A stretch of 64,000 nt of DNA from Lama guanicoe (Eukaryota). Of this stretch, positions 1-13,627 are shown one piece after another (position 1 is the first letter of the stretch; each line of letters opens with the position of its first letter). The position numbers and the translations under genes are program-made. The stretch covers positions 15,318,029 to 15,382,028 of the forward strand of contig MU054323.1 in the NCBI GenBank assembly GCA_013239625.1. Reading direction: 5' to 3'. Below the pieces are notes generated by a model that did no database searches, was not told the origin of the DNA, and worked only from the letters and a program-made list of their open reading frames with translations.

Positions 1-39
1 GCATCACTTAGAGTACTGTGAAAATCAGTGTGATGAATA

Positions 40-270
40 CAGTAATAGTAAACATTTTTAAGGGTTTATTATGAACTAAGCATTGTGCAGTACATTACAG
101 ATATTAACTAACTTATGCAAAAAGTCCTAGAAGTAAGTATGTCTTTATACCCAAATTACAGATGAGAACACTGAGGTGTAGATAAGTAAGTCACTCTGAC
201 AACATTCCGCATCTAGTAAGTGTGGGAAGCCTTGGGTTTTGACTAGATTCTGTGTGATCAAAGCCCTCCT
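40..270 (-). mobile_element. MIR SINE fragment
   Basis: MIR core 'ttacagatgagaacactgaggt...aagtaagtcact'. Confidence 0.75.
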
Positions 271-546
271 CTTCACCCTCTAGCTGATGCAGTGATTTGG
301 GTTCTAGTCATTCCCTTCCTTAATATCTTGCCAAGTTCTTAATCAGTGCCATATTTTGGATGCTGTCAGAAATTGTGTATTGATTTAGTCTAGGGGGATT
401 GAAATCTGGTTTCTCTTCCAGGCTCTCTCTATATCTTCTGAAAATAAGGGAGAATGTCTCTCATGCTAAGTCTCCCTTAATCTAGTGCTTTTCCTGCATA
501 AGCTTATAAATAATGCTTAGTTTTAGTTTGGAAGATGCATTTTTCT

Positions 547-1105
<559 letters not shown>

Positions 1106-1609
1106 TTAAAACAAATACTCTTGATTCTCTTTTTAGAAATACATGTTATTTCTAAATACTTTTCACTTTATTTCTGTATATTATTTATAGATTTTTAAAA
1201 GCTGTGGGAAAACTTCTTCTAATTTTATTATATGTGCTGCTGAAGCTAGCACAAGCTTCTTCTAATTTTAAAACTAGTTTTGTGTCATAATTTTTAAAAA
1301 CACAAATCATTAAATCCCTATTCTATTATGAACCTATTTTTAATTACTTTCTATATCTTAATTTTCATTTTCCTTTGTTTTGACCATTTAAGAACTTTAA
1401 ATATTTTAAATTTATTTATGCATTCAGTACTGTGCCAGGTATTTTTAATGGGCTTTTAACAACACAGTCCACCCCTGATGTTTCCACTTTATTTGAAATT
1501 CCTTATCTTTGGAATCTATCCCTAATGATCAAGGGATTTTATAATAGAAAAGTTCTTGTTTAAATGAAAAGAATCGCAAAATAATAATAACTCTTACTGA
1601 CATAGTGTT

Positions 1610-1800
1610 TCTGTAAGTTGTGCCAGGCACTGTTCTAACTGATTTATACATATTGACTCATCCTCAACACAGCATGGGACAGATGGAGAAAGAGAGGCAC
1701 GGGGAAGGTAGTGGCTGCCCAAGGCATGCAGTGAATAAGGGGAGAGGCTGGATTTGAAACAAAGCAGGCATCCTCTGGACTCTGTCCTCAACCATTGCAT
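1610..1800 (-). mobile_element. MIR SINE fragment
   Basis: 'tgtgccaggcactgttcta...acagatggagaaagagaggcac...ggatttgaaac'. Confidence 0.75.
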
Positions 1801-1920
1801 CATTGAGCATCACAGAGTAATCTATCAACACGAATTAAATGCATTAAAATCAGTTCATGATGTTTCCAGATTGTAAAGGACAAACTTAATAGGATGTAGT
1901 TTATTATAGCATCAATAAAT

Positions 1921-3260
1921 CATTCACCCACTGGACAAATATTTATTGAGCTCCTATTGTGTGCCTGTTGCTCTGTGAGGCACAGATGGTGTAAATAGCC
2001 AGGATCCCTGATTTCATGGAACATTCAGCCTGTCTAGGAACACTGACTTTTGAATAAGTGGTTGCAGGGGAGCAAGCGTGCTGTATGGTATGCTGGGGAA
2101 GTTCCAGGGAGCAGCGCCATGTCTGTGCATCAGGGAGGGCTTCTTAGAGGAAGTAACATTCCCACGGAGACCTGATGGTTGAGTAGAATTAGTCAAACAA
2201 GGGCAAGAGGAGAGGTGTTTCGAGGTGGAGGTAGCAGCAGGTGGGGAAGATTATAAGCTAGAGAGGACCATCTGGGGCCTGCAGAGCAGAACCAGCAGAA
2301 GTGAGGATGAGGAGCTAAGCAGGCCAGATCATGGACAGCTTTGACAACATCTTAAAGAGCTTCCTCTTTATCTCAAGGGCAAAAGGAATTCCTACGAAAG
2401 GGTTAAAATCTGGGGAGTGGTGTGATTAGATTTACACTAGAGAAAGAGTGTTCTGGCTACCATGTGGAGAGTAGATGGAAGGTTTGTGTGTGTGATGGGG
2501 CAAGTCTGAGACAAGGAGTCTGGTTAGGAGGCTGTAGTCCAGGAACAAAGATGGCCAGGTCAGGAGTGCTAGTGGAAATGGAGAGAATTGGACACATTTA
2601 AGAGATACATAAAAGGTGAAATCAATAGGATTTAGTAAATGACTGGGTGTGCGGATGAGGAGTTGAGGGTCAGATGTTTCTGGCTCTGGCAAAGGGAAGA
2701 CAATCATGTCATTTCCTGAGATGGAGAACCCTGGACGTGTGCATAGGTCATGGAGGAGAGGTGAAGATCACTGCATTATCTGCGTGGGCTGAGTTTTAGG
2801 TGCCTCAGACATCTGAATGAAGATGTGTAGAGCCTGTATCAGTGCACATAGTCCATATAGATGCTCAATAAATATTAGTAAGTTGAATAAGTGTACAGTT
2901 GACAGTAGGGTAAATGTGTTTGGAGCTCAAAGTTAGGCTTACAGAGGTAGTGATAAAGATTTCTAAAATGATAGCATAGAGATGACAGCCATTGCCAAGG
3001 CAGTACTGAGATGTGGGAGTGTGACAAGTGAGAAGAGCAGAAGGCCTGGGACTGAGCCTTGGGCAGAGCCAGCATTCAAGCACGAGGCAGAGGAAGAGGA
3101 GGCTGTGAAGGAGAGGTAGCCAGCGAGAGAGGAGGAATATCACAGGAGTGCTGTGCCATGAAAGCAGAGGGAAGAGGCTATTTTCAGAGGTCGAACTGTC
3201 AATGCCTCAAATAGGTCAAGCAGCATAAAGGCTGAAAAACATCTCTTGAATTTGGAAATA
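1921..3260 (-). mobile_element. L2 LINE 3' region(s), degraded
   Basis: L2 3' end 'cattcac...aaatatttattgagctcctattgtgtgcc' followed by typical purine-rich antisense L2 ('ggcttcttagaggaagtaacatt', 'gtgaaatcaataggatttagtaaatgactgg'). Confidence 0.75.
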
Positions 3261-3275
3261 GGTATTTCCTATTTC

Positions 3276-3530
3276 AGATACGAACCACTATGTACAAAAT
3301 AGATAAACAGCAAGGTCCTACTGTATGGCACAGGGAAATATATTCAATACCTTGTAATAGCCCTAATGTAAAAGAATATGAAAAGGTATATATATATAAT
3401 ATATATATTATATATATATAATACATATATATAACTGATTCAGTATGCACACCAGAAATGAACACAGCATTGTAAACTGACTATACATCAATTAAATCAA
3501 TCAATTAATCAGTTAATCAATCAATCAATC
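3276..3530 (+). mobile_element. 5'-truncated L1 3' end (cetartiodactyl-type 3' UTR) with internal (TA)n and (AATC)n tail
   Basis: 'aaaatagataaacagcaaggtcctactgtatggcacagggaaatatattcaatacc...cattgtaaactgactatacatcaatt'. Confidence 0.85.
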
Positions 3531-4554
3531 TAAGAACAGAGGTGCCCATGGACTTCCAAGTGGAGATGCCCCACACACAGTTGTGTATCTGAGTCTGACT
3601 TCTGGAAGTTGTAATCAGCTACAGCCTAGAGCTAAACCCTGAGACCAGGTGAGGGAGTTGGGCAGAAAGTAGAGCTGAACATACGAGGGATGTGAGACAG
3701 GTTTGGCACTGATTCCATTTAAAAAAAAAAAGAATGAATGAAAAAAAGCCAAGTAGAAGGTAGTAGTGGGTTAAGATGAGATAGAGCTCCAATTCATGTC
3801 CAGGGAAAGAGATGATGTTCCAGTTGTGACAGTAAAGTGGCCCTGAGAATGAAGAGGAAGATCTCCAACACAGGGTGAGGAATTTCAGGAAAGTTAGATA
3901 CAGCTTCTACCAGGTTATCTCAAGCACTAAGCCTTTATAATTGACTGTGTTCACACATGATGGCCATAATGTTTTCTATGGAAACATTTTGCCCAGAGCT
4001 AAACAGAGAGTCAGACTGGGTAGAGCCACTGTTGCAGTCAGCATGGTTTATGTTTGATCCCATCTTTGGTTGATTGTTACGCCTCTAAAGTCCTGGCCAG
4101 GCACCGCTATGTGGCACTGTGCCTACCTAGCAGATGGTAAAGAGTGTAGTTAATTCAATGATTTGGTGTGTGCATCAATTTTAATGATCAAAACAGGATT
4201 TTCTGTGCAGAGTGTCTAGGCATGAGGTTAAAAGGATAAAATGCCATTATATCTCCAGCACGGAAATGGATTGGCACTAAAAACTTAACAATTGCTTATG
4301 CAAGTTAAAAGTTTATTAAATTTTACTCTGGATTTGTGTTCATCTGGAAACTTATGATAATGAAGCCATTCAGTCCCAATTTGGTTCTTTAAAGGAAGAA
4401 CACATACAAATCCATTTAATAACCTAGACTGGCTTTCATCTCTGAACAGATGAATCAGGTGCAAAAAAGGGGGAATGTAGATCTTTGTGTGTGCCTTACG
4501 TCACATTGCTTTTGCAGAAGACGGCACGATTTTGGAGTTGTTGTAAATGTAAGG

Positions 4555-4815
4555 AAGATTTAATGTGCAGCATGGTGACTATAATTAATAATACTGCGTT
4601 ATGTACTTGAAATTTACTAAGAGAATAGATCTTAAGTATTCTCACCTCACACACACAGAAAAATGGTAACCGTGAGATGATGCATGTGTTAATTAACTTG
4701 ACTGTGGTCATCATTTCACAATATATACATCTGTCACAACATCACACTTTATACCTTAAATGTATACAGTTTTTATTTGTCAAGCATACCTCAATCAAGC
4801 TGGAAAATAAAATAA
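4555..4815 (+). mobile_element. Older L1 (L1MA-like) 3' end
   Basis: 'gcagcatggtgactataattaataatactg...agatcttaagtattctcacc...tacctcaatcaagctggaaaataaaataaa'. Confidence 0.8.
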
Positions 4816-5154
4816 AGCTAAGGGTAAATACAAAATTAAAGCAAATGTATCAAGAATTTCACTAGACAAAAGATGCTAAAGCTTAAAAATACATAAACAA
4901 TAATAAAAATTTGCCCACAGAATAAGAATGGTAGGCCATGTTCACACATGCAAGGTGAAAATGAGAATTCAAGAAAATTCCCAGATAATTACAGGAAAAA
5001 AAATTTTACTCAATTACATTGATTTTTTTTGGCTAAAACTCCTTCCTATGTAAGAGTTTCAATGTTTTATTTTGTTTTCATTTTAGTACAATATTATGTT
5101 TATGCACATATGTATAAAATTATAATTATATATATAGTAGTATATTTTAGATTT

Positions 5155-5560
5155 TAGTTTTCTGTTATTCTGTAACAAATGACTCCAAAACTTGGGGCTT
5201 GATGTAATCGCTTATTATGCTCATGACTTTGTGGGTCAGGGATTTGGGAAGGACTCTGCTGGATGGTTCATCTCTGCTGCATATGCTGTCCACTAGGGCG
5301 GCCGGGGCTAGAGCATGGGCTTCCAAGGTGGCGTCTTCACTCGTGTATGGTGCTCCTTAGCAGCCCTGTCTCATTCCTCATTTCTGTCTCTTTTTCATCA
5401 CATGCTGCCTCATCCTTCAGAGCCTCTCCATGTGACTTGGACTTCTCACAGCATGTGGTGTCAGGGTAGCCTCTTGGTTTACGTGGCAGGAAGCAAACAG
5501 TTCCTACTGAAGGGTGGCACCTGTGCTTGGCACAGGATCGTGTCTGTATTCTATTAGTCA
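5155..5560. mobile_element. MaLR (MLT1-type) solo LTR
   Basis: 'tgtaacaaatgactccaaaacttgg...tcatgactttgtgggtcagggatttgggaagg...ttctcacagcatgtgg...ttctattagtcaaagca'. Confidence 0.7.
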
Positions 5561-5734
5561 AAGCAGAATTTGAATCACCTGGAGAGGGGGAGCTTTTCAG
5601 TCTGTAGAGATCGGAGCCTCATTCTAGATTTTCTGGATCAGCATCAGAATCCCTCTGAGTGGGACTTTGTGACTTTAACAAGCCCTCAAAGTGATGACTG
5701 TGTGCACTCAGTCAGGAAAAAGTCTTTCTGAGTA

Positions 5735-5950
5735 CAGCTCTGGAGACAGAAAGACCTGGATTCAAGTGTGACTGCCACCAACTAGCTGTGTGGCCTTGGG
5801 AGTAGCTTCATTCTCTCAGCGGCAATTTTCTTATCTGTAAATGTGTGCCAAGTGATAGTCCCTACTTCCTTGTGTTATTTCTGAGAATAAAATACACACT
5901 GAATGTGAAGTCTGTAGCACAGCATCTGGAGCATTGTCAGTCCATTAATA
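5735..5950 (+). mobile_element. MIR SINE
   Basis: 'ctctggagacagaaagacctggattcaag...ctgccaccaactagctgtgtggccttggg...ttcttatctgtaaa'. Confidence 0.8.
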
Positions 5951-8900
5951 ATAAAGCTTTAGTGAGCAGTGGGCTTCATTTCCCAAGCAGATGACGACTC
6001 CTGAGTGTGTAGTGAGGTTTTATCCACATGAATGGCCTGGACCTGTGTTGTGGCAGAATTAAATTCACCAGTGTGCCATGCTGCCAGTGATGTGTGTATG
6101 TTTTTTCACTAGAAGAACGAGTACAGGCCTTCCTGTCTGTTTAGGGAATTGAACTGATTCATGTAGAATAAAGAACTAACTTCCTGAACAGCAAGCAGCA
6201 CACTCGCTGGCAATAACCTTGAAGTTGTCTGAAAATGATACAGAGAAATGGTGGGGACAGTTTGGGCACTAAGGGACTCTTGGCATTCTACGACTCAGTG
6301 AATTTCAAATACTTGTTGACATGGCCCCCATGACTCAAGGCCTGCTGGTAACATGCCAGTGGGACGGAGGCATTTGGTGGGAGAAAATGGAGCGCTGATT
6401 TTGATCTGGCAGTTCAATAAATAAAGAAACCAAAGGCTCAGTTTTGCACATTTATGAAGACTTTGTTGTCATAGAATTATGATTAAAAGTACTACGCGTG
6501 GACAATCATGAATAAATTCTAAGAAACGTAAGTTGTGGGAAGGTTTCATGCTTAGAATGTCAACTAAAGCCTCAGAGATAGACTCTTAAAGTATTTGATT
6601 CCCTGCTAGTTGTCAGTTGCAATGGATATGAGACTGGAGCATCTGAAGAATGGGCACCGTAAGTTTGTGACAGTGGAAGAAGAGTGTTCGGAAGAAGATG
6701 GAAAGAACCTAGTTTCTGTTTCTTGGCCCTGAAGAGCTCCTGAAATGAGGTTCTTCTTTAACAGTCAATATGCTTGAAGTCCTGTACTTACATGTGTTTT
6801 GTACAGCTCAGAACAAAATGAGAAAGTAGTCCTGGGAGAGGTCCATTTAGAATGAGAGACTGAATTTTCACACACCCTGTGCACCCTGTAAACTTTCTTT
6901 GTGTTGTTGGTCTCTGTAGGGAAAAAAAACCCATCTTATTTACGCAGTACCTGTTCTTCTAAAGCACTTTTGGCTTTGTGGCTGGCACACATACCTCTCT
7001 AGTAAAGTTCCAAGGCATTCCTTGTTACCTAATTTCTATTTCTTTATGTTCCCTTATTTGTTTATTCATTCTCCTCCTCCTTTTCTAATTTCCTAAACTC
7101 TTTTCTTGCATTTGTTTATTCATCTTCTCTATCCATTTTGTTCTGACTTCCACCTGTCCAATTTATCCAATATTTACCCTTGGTAATGATGACAGTTCAA
7201 CAATGACCACAATGGTGACAACGAAATCAATGAGCATTTGTTGAGCCTTTGCAACACATCAGATGCTACTACCTTTCTTACTCTCCTTTCACCTGTGCTT
7301 CTCCCCCTGCACAATTTGTCTTACACGTTGAAGCATGGAGATACATTTTTCTCCTTTTGAGAGCCATGAACACAAGTCATGAGTGTACTCTCTTATTTTT
7401 GTTCCACTTTTCAACAATGTAGAAGGAAGAAGCCATCTTGGAGCAAAGAATAAATACACTCACCGTGTACACACTTAATCTCAGACATCGTATCTATTGG
7501 GGTCTATTAATTTATTGGTTTTTTATTATTAATATCTTGTGACCAAGAAAGGGAGAAAATTTTCCTTTGGCTTCCCTCCTGCAGAATCAGGGGATCAGAA
7601 GAGTTAAGTAGATAACATGAAGCTCCTCTTACTGAGCTGAGTCTGAGATAAGCTCTCTCTGTGCCAGTAAAAGAGGCGGTCCAAGCAGTTATAGGATGAA
7701 GTGGCCTCAATGAGCACTTGAGGAAGGAGCTCCCTGATTGCTTATCTGCCGTCTTCTGGGCCCCTCCAGGTGTCAGGAATTTGTGGGAGAAGAAACTGGT
7801 CACGGAGACACCCTTCCTCTGTGTCATGTGCCTGAGTGTGGCGGTTTTCATTTCTAAAGATCAGGTGTAACCTTCTTTCATATTGGAGGGCAGACTGCAG
7901 AAGTAAGCAAAACTTTGTTTTTCTCTGAGAGAATCTATCCTCGATATTTCTTTCATGCCTGATATTTTTGTGAAATCACTTCAGAGCTCAACAGCCAACG
8001 CAAATCCTAAAGAAATCCATTTAGATTTCTTCTGTGCAAGTATGAATTATGGGACTAACAAGAGGTTTTTATTTTATCAAGTCTTTAAAAACTGAAACAA
8101 AGGAGGAAATATTTTCAATAATTTTTGAACATGGTAAAAAAATTAAGCCAATTTAAGGAGCCGTATTTTCTATGCTATTGCCTGAGCCAAACCCACTTCT
8201 CCATGAAGCTTTTATCTTAGCTGTCACGACCAGGACATAAGCACGACTCAAGCAATTTGTATTCCAGGCAAACCCATAAATTCATCTCTAAAGAGTCAGA
8301 AAATGGAAGGAAGCTGCAATGAAGGTGGCTTGAACGAAATGAACAAGAACTGCGTGGGATGTGTCATAACACAGCCTTCCTCAGGACTAACCACTTGCTG
8401 TAATTGATCTCTTTGGAGGCTGAAAGAGCCCTGACTTCAGAGGGAAAAGGAGGAGGAAGGGAGACATAAGTTAGCATGAATTACGTCGGGCGTTTTCCAC
8501 CTGTTAACCTTTAGCCAGTGAAGCCAGTAGCATCGTCTGAAATTTACCATCAGTGATGTCACATTGCTAAGTGGTAGGGGCAGGATTTGAACCTGCATCT
8601 GTCTCTTCACCTTATGTTTATTCCACTGCCTCTTGCTGCTCCTCTGAGAAACTATGTGCTCAGAATTTCTTCCTTAAATAATTGGAGTTCCTAATAATAT
8701 TGAGGCAGGTAATTTTCTAGCTCTGGTTCGAGCCTAGAATGGTTCTACTCATCCTTTCTGTGTAGGTATGACCTAACATACCAGACTTACTCACTGTTAT
8801 ATAAACATTTAAACTGCATTATATCTGGCCTATTTGTGCAAACCCATGTAAACTAGAACTTTCTTTTTTCCTGTGTCTTTAGACCTAATGATTATTCTCC

Positions 8901-11900
8901 TACAGAACCTTCATATTTTAAAGGCATCATTGTGAGGAATATTTGTTTAGTTACTGCTCTAGATATTTTACTTGTGTCATCAGAAAGTCCCATTTCTTGG
9001 AAACTTGATGGCCACGTCATGTCCTGTCAGCTTGCCCGAGCAACCCTCTGCTCTCAGGTCAGCGTGGAGTTTCTCCTCTTAAAAGAGGGTTCCTCTTCAT
9101 TTTGGTCCATCCTGATTCATGATGTAACAGCTCAAATAAAGGAGTGTGGCTGTTCCCTAGAATCTGTGCCAGCCCCTCTCCATATCATGCGGTTACTCTA
9201 TAATGATGCCCTGTCACTTAAAATGGGATTTTGCATGAGGGCATCACATAACTGAATTACCCTGTTGCAAACAGCTTATTTTCTCCAGATCCATAGTCCA
9301 AAAAAGTGACATAAGAAATGACATATTAGTTGCCTTAGTACCTTGATTTCATTTTTGGCTTTGCCACAACTTGCATATGATTACAGATGGCAGAAAATTA
9401 AAAGTGCCCAGCCTTCAATTTTTTGACAATTACCATCTTACTTGTGCAGAAAGGGGCTTACCAAGAAACTAGCACTGGCGATTCCTTTTTCTCTCCTCTG
9501 CACGTCATGAGAGTGAATCAAGGACCTGGGAGCTAAAGTCATGGCTGAGAAAACCTGGGCAGCTAAACCAGTATGCCACATCCATGAACTTCGGACTCTT
9601 TGCAGCACCTGGGTCTGGAGCCGTGGATGAGTTAATACTAAAAATATAGTGTGATCCATCAGCCTATGTTGTGATCAACTGCTCTTGGAGGAATCAAAAA
9701 GCATTTCATTTCAGCATAAATTCCAGTGATCCTCCTCAATTTTAGCGACTCAATATTTGGCATTTGGCCTTAACTGCATACTTAACCCTCTGCCCTTAGT
9801 TCCTCCTCTTTTTGTGTATTGATATTGTTTCTATTAGGAAAACATTTTGATCTAATTTTTCTGTCTGGAGGAAACCTCCTTTTTGCTTCTTCGTGATTTC
9901 AAACGCACAGACAGGCAGATTCAGAATCAAGGGAACAATTTTCGATGCTCCCCTTCTCTCCTGGCATTAAGAGTGGTCTAGCTGTAGTTCCTTTCTACTG
10001 ATTTTCCACAGGTGATAACAGACACACACCTTGAAAAGTTCTAATAAATGTTTGCTTTCAAAAAGACTCCTTGAAAGCTATGTTCTTACAGTAAACACAG
10101 GACATCACTCCTTAGAGTCAAGCTGTCAACACGCTGCCTTTCAAACACACTTTACAATCCGACCTCTAGTCTCCATCTTTACCTCTTCTTTCCCAACCCC
10201 CAGTATCTTAATTCACTATTTGCCTGATCACTGCCATAGCTCCCTGTACCTGATTCCTCTTTCAATACTAATCCATCTTCCTGTTTTGACCACAAATATG
10301 TGATACAAATATGATCACATTAGTCCCCTGCCTGAAATACTCATGAGGACACCCCTTTGCCTGTAGGATATACTGTGAACTTCATAGCATGACACTCATC
10401 ATCTGACCACAACTTGCCTTCTCTGATGGGTTTATTTGTATTTTTATGCCATTATATTTTGGTAGCTCTTAGAAATGTGTATGATCTAATAAGCTAAAAA
10501 TGAAAGGAGAAAGGAATCGAAGCAAAGGGATTTATGATATTTTATTTTCCTTTTCACTTTGCCAAGTCAATGAAATTGCCCTCTTAAAGTGCCATGAAAA
10601 TCATTTCTGTATTGATGGAGGCAGTCAGAGGAAATTTCACATGAGCGCTCTGTAATCAAACAGATAGGAGAATTTACTTGCCCATTCTCCCTTCTCAAAT
10701 ACTATGTTTTCTATCTTGGAATCTATTGATGGTATAGCATAGTTTACATGCAAATGTTTGTTTTTGTTAGTATAATGTCACCATTAATATGCAGGCATTG
10801 CTTTTCTAGCAAATGAGGAAAGATATTTGAAAACTTGAGAAGTTTAAAAAGAATTTAGGCAGTGTATTGTGTCCCCCAGCCCCCAGGATTAGGGCTAAAC
10901 CAAAAATTAGATTAGGCTAGTTGGTCAGATATAGATGTAGGGAAAATTAAGATGCAGTGTTTGATGGGTAGGCATAATCCATACTCGGGGAATTTTAAGT
11001 ATAAAGGGAACAGAGAACAGTATAAAGCACATGCATGAAAACTGAAAAACACATATGTTTAAATTATGGCTAATAAAAATGTTTGGATAAAAAGGAAATT
11101 GTAAGCCTGGAAATGGAAAGCAATAGGGGAGAAATGATCTTCAGGACAGAGCCCAGAAGATCTGAAATGACAGAGTGAGGGGTCTGCACCTGATCCAGTA
11201 GGCAGTAGGGCGCTACTGGAAGAGTTTCTCTGAACTTAGTGTGAGCTGCTCCTTGGAAAACTGAACCCAGTTCTTTCCAGGTTAAACTGAAGAATTTCAA
11301 AGCCTCCATTTTTAATGTGTGGGGCTTTTCACTATGGAGAGAAATGGAATCTGCAAGTTTAGACTCCTGAATGAACAAGGTTGGTAATTCAATGATACAA
11401 GTTCAGATTCCACCTGAGATAATGTACTTGTGTGACTTTGCCAGCAATCTCGGCGGCGTTTCCATTCATAAAATGAACGAGTCGGAGTGATGTGGGTGGA
11501 ACTGTGAACAAGGTCACAGCATTATATCTGAGGGGCTTTGCATGACATACGAATCTGGTGTCAGAGGCTTCCCAGGAGCTTTTGTGGGCAAGCCGATAAC
11601 TGAGCCCTTAAAAGCGAGAATATTCTGGAAGAGGTCATTATTGGTGATTGGCTGGGAGCACCCATGTTTAGGACCTTGATAGCTTTTATCAAATGTACTG
11701 TGTTCGTTGGTTAAAAATGAAAATGATAATACTTGTGTTGAAATTTGGAAATTGCAGAATAAATATTAAAAAGAAAGTAGAAATCATTTGCAACCCAACC
11801 ATCCAGTGATAACGTTTTGGTGTATAGACAGATAAATTTTCCCCCATGCATTGAATGGCATAATCCCGTACATACACAGGAATTTGTAACCTGCGTTCTT

Positions 11901-13298
11901 CTTAAAAATGTACCAGAGTATTTTTCCAGGTCAAACTTTTTTTTTCTCAGAAATAATGGACTGAAAATTCGAGGTCAACTTAACTTCTGGTGTAGGCAAC
12001 AGAGGGCAAAATGGCACATGATTGCCATTTTGAGTATTCAGTGAAAATTTTACCTTATTATAAAAGTCACAAGTTGGGGCATGCTAACTACACTGATGTA
12101 AGTCATGCTGTGATAAACATAAATTCTTTCAGGTATTTAATTGCTTTCTTAAGATGAATTCCCAGAAGTAGAATTTCTAGGTCAAAAAGTTGTAAACAAT
12201 TTTAAGGATGTTAATGAATATTTCCAAATTGTCCCCAGGGAGGTTTTTATAATTTACATTCCTGTTTCCTATGTGCAGGTCAGTCTTGAGATTTAGGGGA
12301 TGATGTGTTAATGGATTGTTTGATTACTAAGTTCTATGAATGTGCGATGGCCCTGGAATGTATGAAATACCAGGCTGGCTGTTTGCAATAGCTGGATATA
12401 GATTGTCACTCCCCTTGATAGTTCAGAAATATTTAGGCAGGTGCTTAATAGATGTTAAATAGCATGTATCATATCCTTTGATTAACCATAAAATATTTAT
12501 TACAACTCCTGAAGGTATTGGAAAAATCAGCAAAGCATATGAAAATACTTAATCTGGCTAGTTACACATTTATAATGTAAGAGGTACTTTTCATGTGTTT
12601 ATTAAAGTGGAGTCAGATTGCAGAATTTTCAATAATTTAAAGGAAATGTTCCCATGGAAGGCACCATATGCTACCATCTGCATTTTGTATGTTTTATTAA
12701 TTCAGGGGGAGAAAAATCTTAAAAGCTACAGGCAAAGTATAGTCAAATTTAACTGAAGCGTTTATTTTGTCAAGTCATTAAGGGGAATATATCCTTATGG
12801 GTGCAAAATAAATATTATTGAATTAAGTTTTTAAGTCCATAAAGGACCCAGAAGGGCAAGATCCGTTTTCCAAAATGGAAAGGGATGTAGAAAGAACTTA
12901 ACTTTCACTTTTCAGAAAAATAGATTCTATGGGGATGTGGTTATATCTTAGATTTTTTTTTCTTTTTATGTGATATTAGCTACAGACCAGTGCATTTGTC
13001 AAGACTGCCTCATGAACAAATTGATGAATTTAGTCGGACAAGTTGCTACCACTCAAGTGTCACTACCACTCGGGAAATCCCTGAAGTTTCTGAGAGAGCA
13101 AAGAAATACTTTCCTTCTTTCCACTGACAACATTTGGTAACAGTTTCTAGGAGTTGTGATCTAGTATAGGGAGTCTCGTTTGTTTAAATACTGGATTTTA
13201 AACATCTATCACGTGTCCAACAACTGGGTTAACTGGATGCTGAATTTTAGTAAATGAGACTTGCTGGATTTTAAGGGTCTTAAGAATATATACGTCAG

Positions 13299-13447
13299 AG
13301 AGGGGAGGGCATAGCTCAGTGGTAGAGTACATGCTTAGCATGCATGAGGTCCTGAGTTCAATCCCCAATGCCTCCATTCAAATAAATAAATAAATCTAAT
13401 TACCTACGCTGCCAAAAAAAAAAAAGAAGAATGAAAAAAAAGAAAAA
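13299..13447 (+). mobile_element. tRNA-derived SINE (camelid vic-1-like), copy A
   Basis: A box TAGCTCAGTGG, B box GAGTTCAATCC, AT-rich tail and poly(A); flanking TSDs at 13282-13298 and 13448-13464. Confidence 0.9.
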
Positions 13448-13464
13448 AAGAATATATACCTCAG

Positions 13465-13627
13465 GGGGAAGGGTGTAGATCAGTGGTAGAGTGCCTACTT
13501 AGTTAGCATGCATGAGGTCCTGGATTCAGTCCCCAGTACCTCCAATAAAATAAGTAAACCTAATTACCTTCCCTCTACACACACAAAGAAGGAGTTTAGT
13601 CTCTTGAACAAATTGCTAAAAAAAAAA
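13465..13627 (+). mobile_element. tRNA-derived SINE (vic-1-like), copy B, with extended tail
   Basis: Same head as copy A (gggg aagggtgtagatcagtggtagag...ggattcagtcccc); poly(A) at about 13618-13629; third TSD-like copy at 13628-13643. Confidence 0.88.

Noticed and set aside
13299..13380. tRNA gene (A/B boxes, cloverleaf-like head)
   Set aside because: AT-rich tail, poly(A), TSDs and four diverged copies in the window identify it as a SINE.
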